A stretch of DNA of 64,000 nt from contig LSRY02000048.1 of NCBI GenBank assembly GCA_001643675.2, positions 372,001 to 436,000 on the forward strand, in the 5' to 3' direction. The translations under genes and the position numbers were made by a program. Positions 12,201 through 24,200 of this stretch are shown piece after piece (the stretch's first letter is position 1; each line of letters starts with the position of its first letter). A model generated the notes under the pieces. It saw nothing but the letters and a program-made list of their open reading frames with translations, did not search any database and had not been told where the DNA came from. Source of the stretch: Monocercomonoides exilis PA203 (lineage: Eukaryota > Protista > Preaxostyla).

Positions 12201-15200
12201 AAGACGATGATGAAAGACTGTCATCATCTTCTTCTTTGCTTTTCAGTGTCACTTCAGTCTGAGAAGATAAAAGTGAAGTCACAGAAGATGTACCAGGAGC
12301 ATATGTCGTTATAGTCGTTCCAGTTGTTGACGGAGTCATAAATCCAATCGAAGCTGAAGGAAGAAGCGACACAGTAGCCGCAGCAGCTGCATCTATTGAA
12401 GTAGGATGCTGATCAATCAACATGTCAGACGAAGAACTTGAAGGAGAAAGGGCAGATGCTTCAGACGATGTGGATGTGACTGATGAGACCGAAGAAACAG
12501 TAGACGTCAATGAAGATGTTGTCTGCGACTGCAAAAGAGGAGGATATGCTTGCTCTTCTGTGTAACTGACTGAAGAACTGTCTGTTTCTATCTCTGTTTC
12601 TATCTCTTCACTGAAGCTTGTCTCTTCAAAGCTTGATAGTGTTGCTGCTTTTTGCAGCGATGCACTCGAATTCTGCTGGCTCAAAGACGAATGAACATTG
12701 ACTGGCGAGCTAATCGCACCGCCCTGTACTGAATGTCTTGCATTTCGACTGCGGCGCTTGTGTCTTTCGGCGTCTGAGTCGAATCTTTCCGCCTCGCTGA
12801 AAGTGAGCAGGTTCATGTCAGTGACCACAAACATCTGACTCAGCAGCTCAGCGCAGAGTGTCTGCTCCGCACTCGTCTGCTGCACCAGCCGCTCCAACTT
12901 CTCCAGCTCTGTGCTGACGCTGTTGCTGATCACGGACAGTGAGTCCAGGCGAGGAACATTCTGCTGCGGGTGCTCTTTCTCCCACACAGCAGCAGTGATG
13001 ATGTCGTACACAGGAAGCAGCCGTTCGCAGTTCAGTTCGATGTCTCTTCTGTTCAGCTCGCCCATTGCCAGGTATGGATACAGCAGCTCAATCTGCTCGT
13101 CGGTGAGTGTCAGGTCGGCCAGAGAAGCAAGTGACGTCTGGAAGGCAGGCTGGTTCATCATCGCTTGCACAATGTCGAATGAGTCGACAAGCAGAAACTC
13201 TGTTTTGGTCTGTCTTCTGGCTGCTAGTGAGGAAGGCGTGGGTGAAGGCGATGGAGAAGGAGAAGGTGTCTTGTTGGTTGAACTTCGATCGCTTTTCAAG
13301 GGACGAGAATCTTTGCTCTTTGCGTTAGCATTCTTGCTTGAAGAGATTAATAACTTTGGCACTCCTTCATTTTTACTTGCTTTTAGTTGAGCAGGCTGTG
13401 TCAGAGTCGATGAACGACTGCTTGTGTTACTCAAAGATCCATTTTCTTTTGTGTTTGAAGGTGATGCTGCTAGCAAAAACGGAGCAGCACTCGAACCAGC
13501 TGTGGAAGAAAGAGAGGACGATGCAGCATACTCACAAGAAACTAATTTTCCCGTTTCATTCAATTCAGAATCTCCACTTTTTTGTGCTTTTGGATTGACA
13601 ACAGTCGAATTCAGAGCGGAAGCAGAGTCTGAACTGTGATGCTGTGAAGGAAGAGGGAAAGTGCTGTTCAAGTGAGTCGAGTCATTCCATGGCGAATTCG
13701 AAGTATGAGTAGCATTCGCTGCATATCCAATTCTCCGCTTCTGCACTGTCTTGAATTCAACAGCATGCAAGTTCTTTCGAAGCGCAATCAGAATCATGTC
13801 GAACATCAGGCGGATCACACGAGGCGGCCGGTGCAGCCGCTTCACCCACAGCAGATCACCCAGCTTTGCGTCTTTCTTCCTCTTCGCAATCTTCTCCCTC
13901 ACTTCGTTCTCCTTCACTGCCCTTATTGTCATTTCCAGTATAGTCACTGAGCGTGTTCTTTCTTCTGAAGACGCCTCGCACAGTGTCTGCAGCACATTCT
14001 GCTGCTTCGCCAGCTCCTGCGACAGACTATTCAGTCTGCTCAGACACATCTTCAGTTTCTCTCTGAAGAAGAAGTACTTTGAGCCAAGCACAGGAAACAT
14101 CTTATATGACCGCAGAACATAAGTCAGGTAATGGAAGCGTGTAACGAATGTGATCTGAACAGAAGTCAGCCTGTTAATGATGCGGGAGAAAACGCCTTTC
14201 ATGTGGAGCAGGTCCTTCATGCGCTGATTAGAGAGTGTCTCGAAGATGTGGCAGAAGCGGATGAAGAACGACACGTCCACAAATCCTGCCCGGAAGAAGA
14301 GCCACTCAGGCATCAGCTGGCGATGCAGGCAGTAGTCGCAGAGCTGCTTGACGTCTAAGTAAATAGACGAGATTGTCGCTGCAATAGACTCCATTTGGGC
14401 AAAAACGACATGCTGGCGGAGATTCATCAAGTGTTTCTGCACATTCTGCTGTGTCCGGCTCGCAATGTGCTCAATCTGCTCGTTGCTGTTAAACGCGTGG
14501 AAATGGCGCTGGCTGGTCAGATTGTCAAATAGCGCAAGAGAAGAAGAAGAGCCAGGCGCTGCCAGACTTGGGTTGGAGTCATACATAAAGCCAGCGGAGC
14601 TCATTCCGTTGTGCATTGCAGATGCAGTTCCAGATGCAGATGACATTTGCATCATGCTGTTGTCTCCCTTTCGCAGTATTGGCGATGGGTGGTCGTGATC
14701 ACGATCAAACACAGAGGCAGAGGCAGCTGCAGCTGCAGAGGAAGAATCAGCATTTGCAGACCGCTCAACGACACGGTTGAGGAAAAGAGACAGACGCTGG
14801 TTCAGTTTGATGTCGTAGATGTGCTGCTCAAGTGATTTTAGTGATTGTATCCTTGTCATCGAGAATCCCGAGCGTATCAGCTGCGAGCGGTGTGTTCTTG
14901 TCTTGCGTGCGAGTGTGCCCACACTCGACTCTTCAGACGACTCCTTGTCGTTGCTCCGTGTCTCTGGAGATCCCTCGTTGCTGTTACTGTTGCTATTACT
15001 GTTGCTGTTTCCACTGCCGCTGCTGTTGCTGGCGCTGTCTGCGCTGTCGCTGCTGGCAGACATGTTGTTTCCGCTGTCTGACTGATTCTGCAGTGACTGA
15101 GGCAGACAAATGGAAATGTTGTTCTTCAGTAAAAACGATGGATACTTCATTGTCAACAGAGTTGAGCCCAGCTGATGCAGTTGTGGTTGTGGTTGTTCTG

Positions 15201-18200
15201 ATTGCTGTTGAGGTTGTGGTTGTTGTGACGGTGGCAAGTCAGCATCTGTCCTCAAAAGAGCATTGGCTGACTTCAGAGAGAGTGCTGAAAGTGAGTCGGT
15301 GCTTTCATTGTGCAGCAGCTCTTCAGGTATCTCTTTGATCGACCCAATCTTCGAGAAGCGCATATCAGTCAGGTTGATTTCTGGAGCACGTGTCAACTGC
15401 TCATCTTTGGCCTTTGAACGGAATGTCTTGCCTTTCTCTATCTTTTGTGGTGGAACAAACTTGTCGTGACGCAATACTTTTGTAAAGCGCTTCAGACGCG
15501 ATGTAGTCAGTGGCTTGCCGCTGTTTGATCTGTCCAAAGAAGGTGAAATCATTTCTTTCGGTTTCGGTTTGGCAGCAGAAGCAATGGCATGTGGAGAGAA
15601 AGAGCCGAAACGAGTTCTTTTGGTATCTGGCGATTTTTGCAAAGGAGAACCCTTTTGATTGCTGCTCATTGAACGTCTCAAAAACGTGTTTGTTCTTTTT
15701 TGTGTGGATGGGCTCGATTTAGAAGTCAATGGAGATAAGCTGACTTCATCAGCTTCAGCACTTCTTCCTCTTTGTGCAGCAAACTCGTTCTCTGCAATTG
15801 CTTGCTCACTTGGCATCTTCCTCTGCTCGGAGCTTCTTCGCTTCCTCGCCATCTTCGTCTGTGTGCTTTGATGCTCACTCAGTGGATGTGAATGCTGTCC
15901 TTTCGAATGCATTGATCCTTTTGATTGCTGCTTGGAGTGCTTCGAATGACCGGAAGATGAGGAGGAGGAAGAAGAAGAGCGGTGCTTGCGAGGAAGGAAG
16001 CGGGGTGGAAGAGGAACAGGGCGGCAAAGCGGAGGTGGAGGCAATATTGGCAGCGCTTGAGTGGTGTGCCGTGCATACAGATTCCGAAACTCAGTGGCAT
16101 TGGCAAAGGAGACGTAGTTGACAGAAGGAATTCGTGTGGTCTGGCCGATCTCGAAGAAGTGGAGGTTGCACTTGCCCTTTTGAAGAGGATAGCTGTCGTA
16201 CAGACGGATTGGCAGCGGCACTGCAAATGAGTGGCGTTTGACCTGAGATGTGATGTCATCACCAGTTGGAGAGGAAGAGGAGGTGGAAGAAGAAGCTGAA
16301 GAAGAAGAAGATGATGATGATGATGAAGACGAGGAAGAAGACGAGGATGATGACAAAGTTATTGAACTGGCAGAGATAGCTGCTGCAGATGCAGTTCCTG
16401 ACGCGCTTGCATTCTTCAATGAAGCCATCTCAGTTGTGGGTGTTAAGACAATATCGAAATCACCTGAGCCAACCAAACTCTGATCTCCACAATAATCAGA
16501 ACTGGGAGAAGAGAACAAGGACCCGTCGAGTGAAGACAGAGTAGAAACAGATTGAGTATACTGCTGATCCATTCCTGTGCCATTCGCCAGGCGTGTCGAG
16601 TTGTTCTTCGCAGAGTCTAAAACGAGAGAAAGCAGCAAGAACCCGCTGTCCATTGGTGAGTATTTCTTGCTGTGCTTCGTTAGCCTGCACACTTCTTGTT
16701 CTGCTTCTGCTCCTGTTTCTATTTCTGTACCAACTTCTGAGTCTTGCCGCCCATGACTTTCTGAACAGTTCATTGAGCTTTCGTTGACAGATGAATGAGG
16801 ATAAGTTATCGACGACATTGTGGCAGGCAGGCTGTTTTCAGTCAGAATTGGTGGGAAGAACAAGTCCTTTGTGCATTTCACGAGTGCAACGTGTGTCGAT
16901 GGCTGAATTGTTTCATAGCGTACAAGTGGTGCCAGCCAAGTGAAATAGGATAGCCCAGGCACAAATGTCGTCTTTACAGAAGATCTGATTCGGTTGTTCT
17001 GGTTCAAATGATTATGAAATTCATTAGAAGCTGTTTGATGGTGCATAGGAGAACAAGGTGAAATAGATGAATAGAACGACGAACCAGAACTCGAGAGCGA
17101 TGAAGACGAATCTGATTTGAAGCTATTTGTAGCAGAAACTGAAGAAGAAACAGAAGAAGATGTCGATGAAGTTGAAGATGCCGAAGCCGAAGCTGAAGAT
17201 GATGAGTTTTGCGCAGCATGTTCTCCTTTTTTGAATGGAGAAGAGAACAAATTCTGTGCCACCATCAGTTTCCGAACAGACTCATTCTTCTTGTCTGTGA
17301 AACGCTGAATGAGCGATCCAATCCAATAGTCGCTTTTATCCATCAAACTAGCATCTTTCACAGCAACAGCAGAAGAAGAACTTGAAGCAATTGCTCCTTC
17401 ATTGCTCATATTCCCACTCAAATAATTCGCTCCTCCATAATTGTGAGCAAGAGGCATCTGCTCCTTCGGAAGTGATAGCGTCTCTGCAACAAACAAAAAT
17501 CGCAAGTTCTGCTTCAGCTGTCGCACCAGCCACTCTTCGTCAATTGCATCACTCCGCCCATTGATACGTGCCTCCAACAGAAGTGCAGCGACCTCTTCTT
17601 CAGAGAAGAGATATAGCAAAGATGTGGAAGAACTCACGATGCACTCCAGAATGGAGCTGATCTCAGACTCAGTCAAAGAGTCAGGGTTGTTCTTGTCCTT
17701 TGTGCAGAAGGCGACGGAACAGCTTCTCCGCACATCATCTGAATATGCATACTGCTCGCACCCTTTCAGCATCGACGACTGCGAACTAGCCAGCAGGTGC
17801 TCGCTCCAGTCATACCATGTCTCTTCAGACGGGTTGGCCAGCATTTCTCTGTCTGCTGTTCTGTCTGTCTCTCCAGGCACAAACCCGACGTCCACACGCA
17901 TCTTGCGGGAGGAGTCTACAAGATCACTGGGGGATGACATGTCAGCGATTTCAGACAGAAACACAGCTGCTATGATTTTGCTCTTGCAGAAGATGGCGGT
18001 CTCCATCAGCGAGCGGAGGGAGGAAATGAACGTGCCATACGATGGGACAAGTGGCAGAATCACAAACTGCACCTCCGCAATGGCAGAGACTGCGCCGAGT
18101 ATCTCAGGAGTGAATGAATGTGGGGGTGTGAACAAGCAGACATGTGAATCTGCAATTTTTTCAGCGATCTTCATCAGCTTTACCCCCAACGCATCGTCAA

Positions 18201-21200
18201 TGATGGGCATGGAGTGCACAAGCGACAGAGTGCGGAGATACCTCGAAAGCGAAGAGGAGCTGTCTTCGATTGTGATTTTGAACAGATGGAAGTGTTTCGA
18301 GTCAGTCAGCTCTGCCACAATCTCTTCTTCTGACTCGGGGTCTCTCTTATTCGGCAGCGCAATCACAAACTCCGCTAAATCGTCAAAGTTGATAAGCTCA
18401 TCTTTCAGCAAGCAGGAGCCAAAGAACGAGGCAATTGCATCGAAGGAAGCCATTTCAGAAGCTGTCAGTCGATCTGCAAATACATCACGACATGCACAAA
18501 TCCACGCCACAGAAAGCGACTCAGGAGAGCTGAGCACGTTTGTGTCTTCGTGGGCAGACTGCGAAAGCTTCTGAATGACCAGAAAAGACAACCGGAAGTT
18601 CAGAGGAGCAGAAGTGAATGAGGGCATAAGCTCAGCGATTTTGGCCTGCAATGCGCGATGAGTTGTTGTAAGCAGCATGTAATGTGGATGGAATGTCAAC
18701 ATATAGAAGAAAGAGAGTGTGAGCATTGGGATGCGATCAAGAGCGTTCTGCAAAGTCGTGGATGTTTGTGGAATAGAGCGGATGTTTACGTTTGATCCTT
18801 CGCCAGCAACAAGTGAAGCAGAAGATACAGTCGAGGAGCTGTCACTTTCTGTATCGAGACTGTTTTCCAGGCTCCTTTCCTCATCCAGCGACTCACTTTC
18901 AGTCTCCAGTGAGTCTTCTTTGTTGAAGCTGATCTCAGACATTTTGCTTTCCAGGTCGAAATCTGCTTCAGAATCAACCTCTGTCGCATGCTTCGAAGGA
19001 TACGTGTTGCTTGTGGAATCTCTTCCGCTCAGCATCTCAAAAGTGAGTGGAGTGAAATACGGATCACTTCCTGTTGTATTATTTGAAGACTCAGCAGTTG
19101 CAATACGAGAAGACGATGCAGGTGCTGCTGCACTTGTAAGTGCTGTGCCAGAACTGGATGTGTTGCCTTCATGTTGTTGCGTCTGTTGTGGATGCTGCTT
19201 TGCTGAAAAGACTGTTGAGCTATTTCCTCTCCTGTATGGCTGTTTGTCCTCATTGTTTTGCAGACCAGGCGCCATCTGGTACCATCGTGCCATTCTCTGT
19301 GAAAAGTACCTTTTTAACAGCGACAATCTTTCAGACGGTGTCTGCCCACGCACCGCAACTGGACAGAAGTGCCTTGCGAACCGCGGAGGAAGCCACAGCA
19401 CAATCGGCAGTGCGGCAAACACAGCAAAGTTGATGCCTTCTTTGCGGCTTTCGAGATACTGCTCATCAGCTGCTCTGTTAGAAAGGTTCACGAAATGCCT
19501 GCGCTCAGCGTAAGTTCTGATGATTTCGAGAGATTTTAGTGAGATTGGTGGGCAGATGTCGAATAGAACTGTGAGAGAAATAGAATGAATCCCCAAAGAA
19601 ATGGACTTCTGCACAATGGAGGTTGAAGATGTGAGTGGAGGTGTCATTGATTGTGTTGGATAAGATGTGCTCTTTTCCTTCTCAGTGAACGGCATGCCCT
19701 TTGAAGTAGTCAACGGCCCAGTGACAATTGAAGATGGTGTTGACACAGATTGCATTGGCGTATAGCTGAAGGAGTCCATCTCATCCAGGTCTCTTGCTGT
19801 GGGGATGGAGAGATATCTGCTCTGACAGTCCAGCGCAGATGCCTGAATGGATGAGACAGGCGTCGACACAGAGGCAGACGAAGGAGCAGCCCAGTTGGCA
19901 TCTCTCTCAGGAAGAACACTCATCGCATTCTGTGGGCCTTCCAATTGAATGGTGGTGTCTTCCTTTTGCGTGTTCTGACTGATGGTGCGCTGTGCTGAAG
20001 TTAGTGTTGCGTTGATCTTGTTGATGGCCCTCCACATTGCCAGCGGTGTTGTGTGTGGATAGATTGGGAAAGGAATGAAGATCGCATTTCCTCTCTTTTC
20101 GCTTCTGTTCTGCGGCAACGTGTACGGTGTGGAGTGCAGCGACTTCATCAGATCATGACCAGTCTGTGCATCACAATGAGCTACCATCACTGGTCTGTTT
20201 GCGAGGAGAAGCAGATTAATCACGTGGTTGAGAGGAGAGAATTGTGTTTGGAGTATCTGAGAGTGCATTGACAGATGGGAATATGTCGACTCAGCATGCG
20301 TCGGCTGGTTGGAGCTGCGTGTTGGCTGTGAAAGTTTGCTGGCATACACATTTCGAACACTTGTCGGGTTGGATGCAGAGGAAGAATCAACATGCAGCAA
20401 AGACTGAGAGGAAGACGGCAATGAAGTCATAGTGACAGGTGTGGCAGAGCCCGAGACGCCTGCACCAAATGGCATTGGCTGTGAGGTTGGTGTGGCTGGG
20501 ATTTCGCTTCTTCTGTTCTGCTTTGACATTAATATTTGCTGTGCGGGCGATAATCCTTCAGCCAGCTGCTGCCTCGACAGGAAGAGGCCTGAATCGTGCT
20601 CTTCACTGTGCAGCTTGTTCTGGTTGTATTCCTGGAAGGACATCCACTCTCCGTTCTCGAGATTGACAAAGTAGTCCATCAGCGACTCCTGAAACACTTT
20701 TGGCGGCGATAGCGCGAAGAAGCTGTCGAGATTGTACAAATCATGCATCTCGGGTGAATCATCTGCTTTTGGATGATCTCTCACTTTGTTCAACTTGTCA
20801 GACTTTGGCGGATACGGCGTCAGTTTGCACAGAAACTCAGAAAACGCATCAGAAAACATCTGGTCTGCAAGTGAAAGTCCGCCCATTCCCCAATAGATGC
20901 AGTAGATGACAACATTGCTGATTGTCCGGAGTGGGTCAGTCATCAAACTTTGCGACGGAGCAAAACCAGATGAGACAGTCGATGTCTTTGTGATAGTGGA
21001 CGAAGGAGAATGCGAGTTTTGCTCGGCTTTGCTGCTGAGTGTGCCTTGTGTTGATAGTTCGTCTATTCGGCTGTCGTCCTTCTCATCACCCAGAGCCAAA
21101 GTGCTTTTGCTGTGTTTGCCCTGGCGCAGGTTGAACAGCTGCTGTTGCTGCTGCTGTTGAAGACCAGAGATCTTCTGCCCTTCATTCCGTGCCTCTCGTG

Positions 21201-24200
21201 AGTGTCTGCTTCTTTCAGAGGATAAGCTGCTCTTTGTGGCTTTGGCTTTTATGCGAGCACCTTCGTCGGGCAGACGCTTGTCCCGGAGCAGAACGGGCGA
21301 GTTGCCCTTTTCAGCAGCATTGCGGTTGTAGTTGGCTGTGACAGTGGTGATGAACTGGGGCAAGAAGCAGTTAGTGTGCGCAATGTACAGCGCAATCACA
21401 TTTGGCAGAAATGAGTGAATCATTTTGTCAAAGCGGTAGCTGTTTCGCAGGAAGCTTTCTTCAGCCAACGTCCATGGCGCATCGCAGCGTTCTCCACTCG
21501 CCATCTTATTCTTCTGATGAGGCTGCTGAGGATGTGGATGAGGATGAGGAGGCGGCTGCATGTCAGTCATTGTGGGAGAAGCAAAGATGCTGGATGGTGA
21601 GCTGTGTGCATGCTCAGGATCGGAAGAGGCAGTTAGCTCAGGTGAAGAGGAAGAAGAAGAGATGTGTGTGGAAGAGTTGGATGCTGAGTGAGCAGGAGAT
21701 GAAGAGTATGAAGAAGTGGTGGAGATTGAACGAGGAGAGAGAGTGGAAAACGGGGTGGAAGGACAATTTCCACAGGAAGAGGAGGAGGATGAAGAGGCAA
21801 TTCCAGAATTCATAGGAAAAGAAGAGGAAGAAGAAGAGGCTGTGCTTGTGGATGTTGGCGTTGTTGAAGGGAATGTCAAATAAGACGAAGCATTTGATGC
21901 TGAGGAGATGATGCAAGGTGTGCATTGATCTGCATGTGGCGAAGCTGATGAGAATGCATTATAAACAGTGCTTCGCTCAACATCAGGTGAAAAATGATCA
22001 AATTCCTGCGCCAGCGACGGAATAGAGCCGTCATCTAACTTCAGCACATGCCTTTTGCCGAAGTACTTGCGGATGAAGTCTCCTGCTTCCTGAATCCAAT
22101 TTGTCAGCAGTGCTGCAGCGTGGTTGATGAGTGCATAGCACAGTGTCAGAATCTTGCCTCTGTCAATAACAGACATCAGGTGGAACCGCTCAACCACAAA
22201 GTGAGTGATGAGGAGCTTCTGGATCCACTGGAAGATGATTGTCTTGGACTCGTTCAGAGGGCTGAGCTCTTTGTACATCAGCATCCGCACGGGCTTCTTC
22301 ACCAGGAAAGAAGGGATGGTCAGATACCGCATGGATGACAGCAGAGAAATCGGGAGGCTCTCCAGCGTGTCTGCCTCTATCACAATCTTCACATTAGTAG
22401 GTAGTGTGATTTTGTTCATGTTTGGAAGCACACAATGATGCTCCTGGAACTGATGGTAGCAGTACGACTCAATCAAAGTGTCAGTCGCCAAATATGTTTC
22501 GGGCTTGCTTTTGAACAGCTGGGCGAATGCGGGGTCGGACAGGATGAGACTGGCATAATACGCCTCTATCGCCTGCTCTGCTGCTTCGCTGTCGTCTTTC
22601 ATCTTCGTGTAAAATGGTATTGACATCAGCTTCGCCAGCTGTTTTGGTGTGATGGCGCGATATTTCTGCTTGTTCTTCCTCTTTCCCTTTAGCCCATTCA
22701 GAACTTTCCAGTAAAACGAGCGGTCCAGCTTCCATTCGTCCATCTGCTTCAGCGTCTCCAGCAGTTTCATCGACGTCTTGTTCAACTCTCCTGCTTGTAT
22801 GTTGTCTTCTCTGTCTGAAAGAGAAGGCGAAGAAGGAAGAGAAGATCCACTTGTTCCATGCAGAAAACTGCTGTGGCTCTTGTTCTTTGTTGAATTCTGG
22901 TTCGATGCAAAGACTGTCTTCTTCAGCTGTGACCGTGTCATTTGCAGCACAGTCTGACGAGCTGCAATGAAAGTTGCTGCAGAATGAGGGGCTGTAAGGT
23001 TGGCTGTTGTGGTGCTTGCTCTCGACATGTGGAAATAGCTGTCTTCGTCAAATCCGTTGCCAAACAGCCTTCCCGACAGGCTCTGCGCAGATTGTGAATG
23101 CATTTTGGAGTAGTTTGCACCCAAAATGCTCTGCAGTGCACTGCCTGATCTGATATTGGCATCAGTCGGCCTGCGTGTGCCTCCAACAGACGCATTGCCC
23201 CTCTGATTGCGTGTCTTCTGCACGAAGAGCCGCTTCTGGATGAGCTGCTTCGTTTCGAATCGGTCTCTTTTGATCAGATCCTGCCACAGCGCATTCTCAA
23301 ACCTGGTTGAAGGAGAGAGAAGGAGCATCAGATAGAGTATCCATTGCATTGATGGATCAATCTTATCAGGAGATAGAATGCTTGCAGGACTTCTTCCGCA
23401 CCCTCTTCCTTCGATGATCGATGGGTTGTTGCTGCACAAGTTGCTGATGGTGCACATGGAAGGGCACAAATCGACAACAAAGATCACTTCCTCTTCTTTC
23501 ACCATGCTCGATGCAATGCGATCACCCAAAGATGCTGGAATTGACGGCTGACCTGCCTCTCCTCTTTTGTTTGGCATATACACAGACGATGCTGCAGTCA
23601 CTTTTGGCATGCCAGCAATTGAAGGTGCCAGAGCGCTCGATATGTTGCTTCGCTTTGTGAACTCGTGGATGACTGACGTGAGCAGGCCGTGGTTGTAATC
23701 AGGCAGAATCTCGCCTGCTCCTTTGCTCTCCTTCCCCGAATGCGACAGGAGATCTCTCGTTTTGCTAGGAGTCTCCAGGACAACTGTGAACTGCGGCTCC
23801 GCTTTCCCCACATCTTGCATACTCTTCCCACTCTTTTTGGACTTTTGTCTGTCTCCTCGTTTCACATTCTGTTCTGTCACTGATGCAAAATCAAATGGAT
23901 TTGCAAAAGGAGTTGGGGTGTATTGAATCCCCGAAAACACCTCGTTTTCTCCTGCTTCTGTGTTGCTCACATCTTCCACATCAAAGTCACTCTTGTAGCT
24001 GGCAAGGTTGTTCCACCTCAGCCGCTGCATTCGATTGCCTTGCAGCTGCTCGTCTGATGCATCGCCACGGATCATCGTCTTCATCGACTTGAACGAGCCG
24101 AGCAGCTGAATCGGGTTGAGCGCGCCTGGATTCAAATGCACAACACGTGTTGGATGGCCAGCAGCTGTCTGAGCCTTTGCCAGAAGAGAGATGATAGTTG

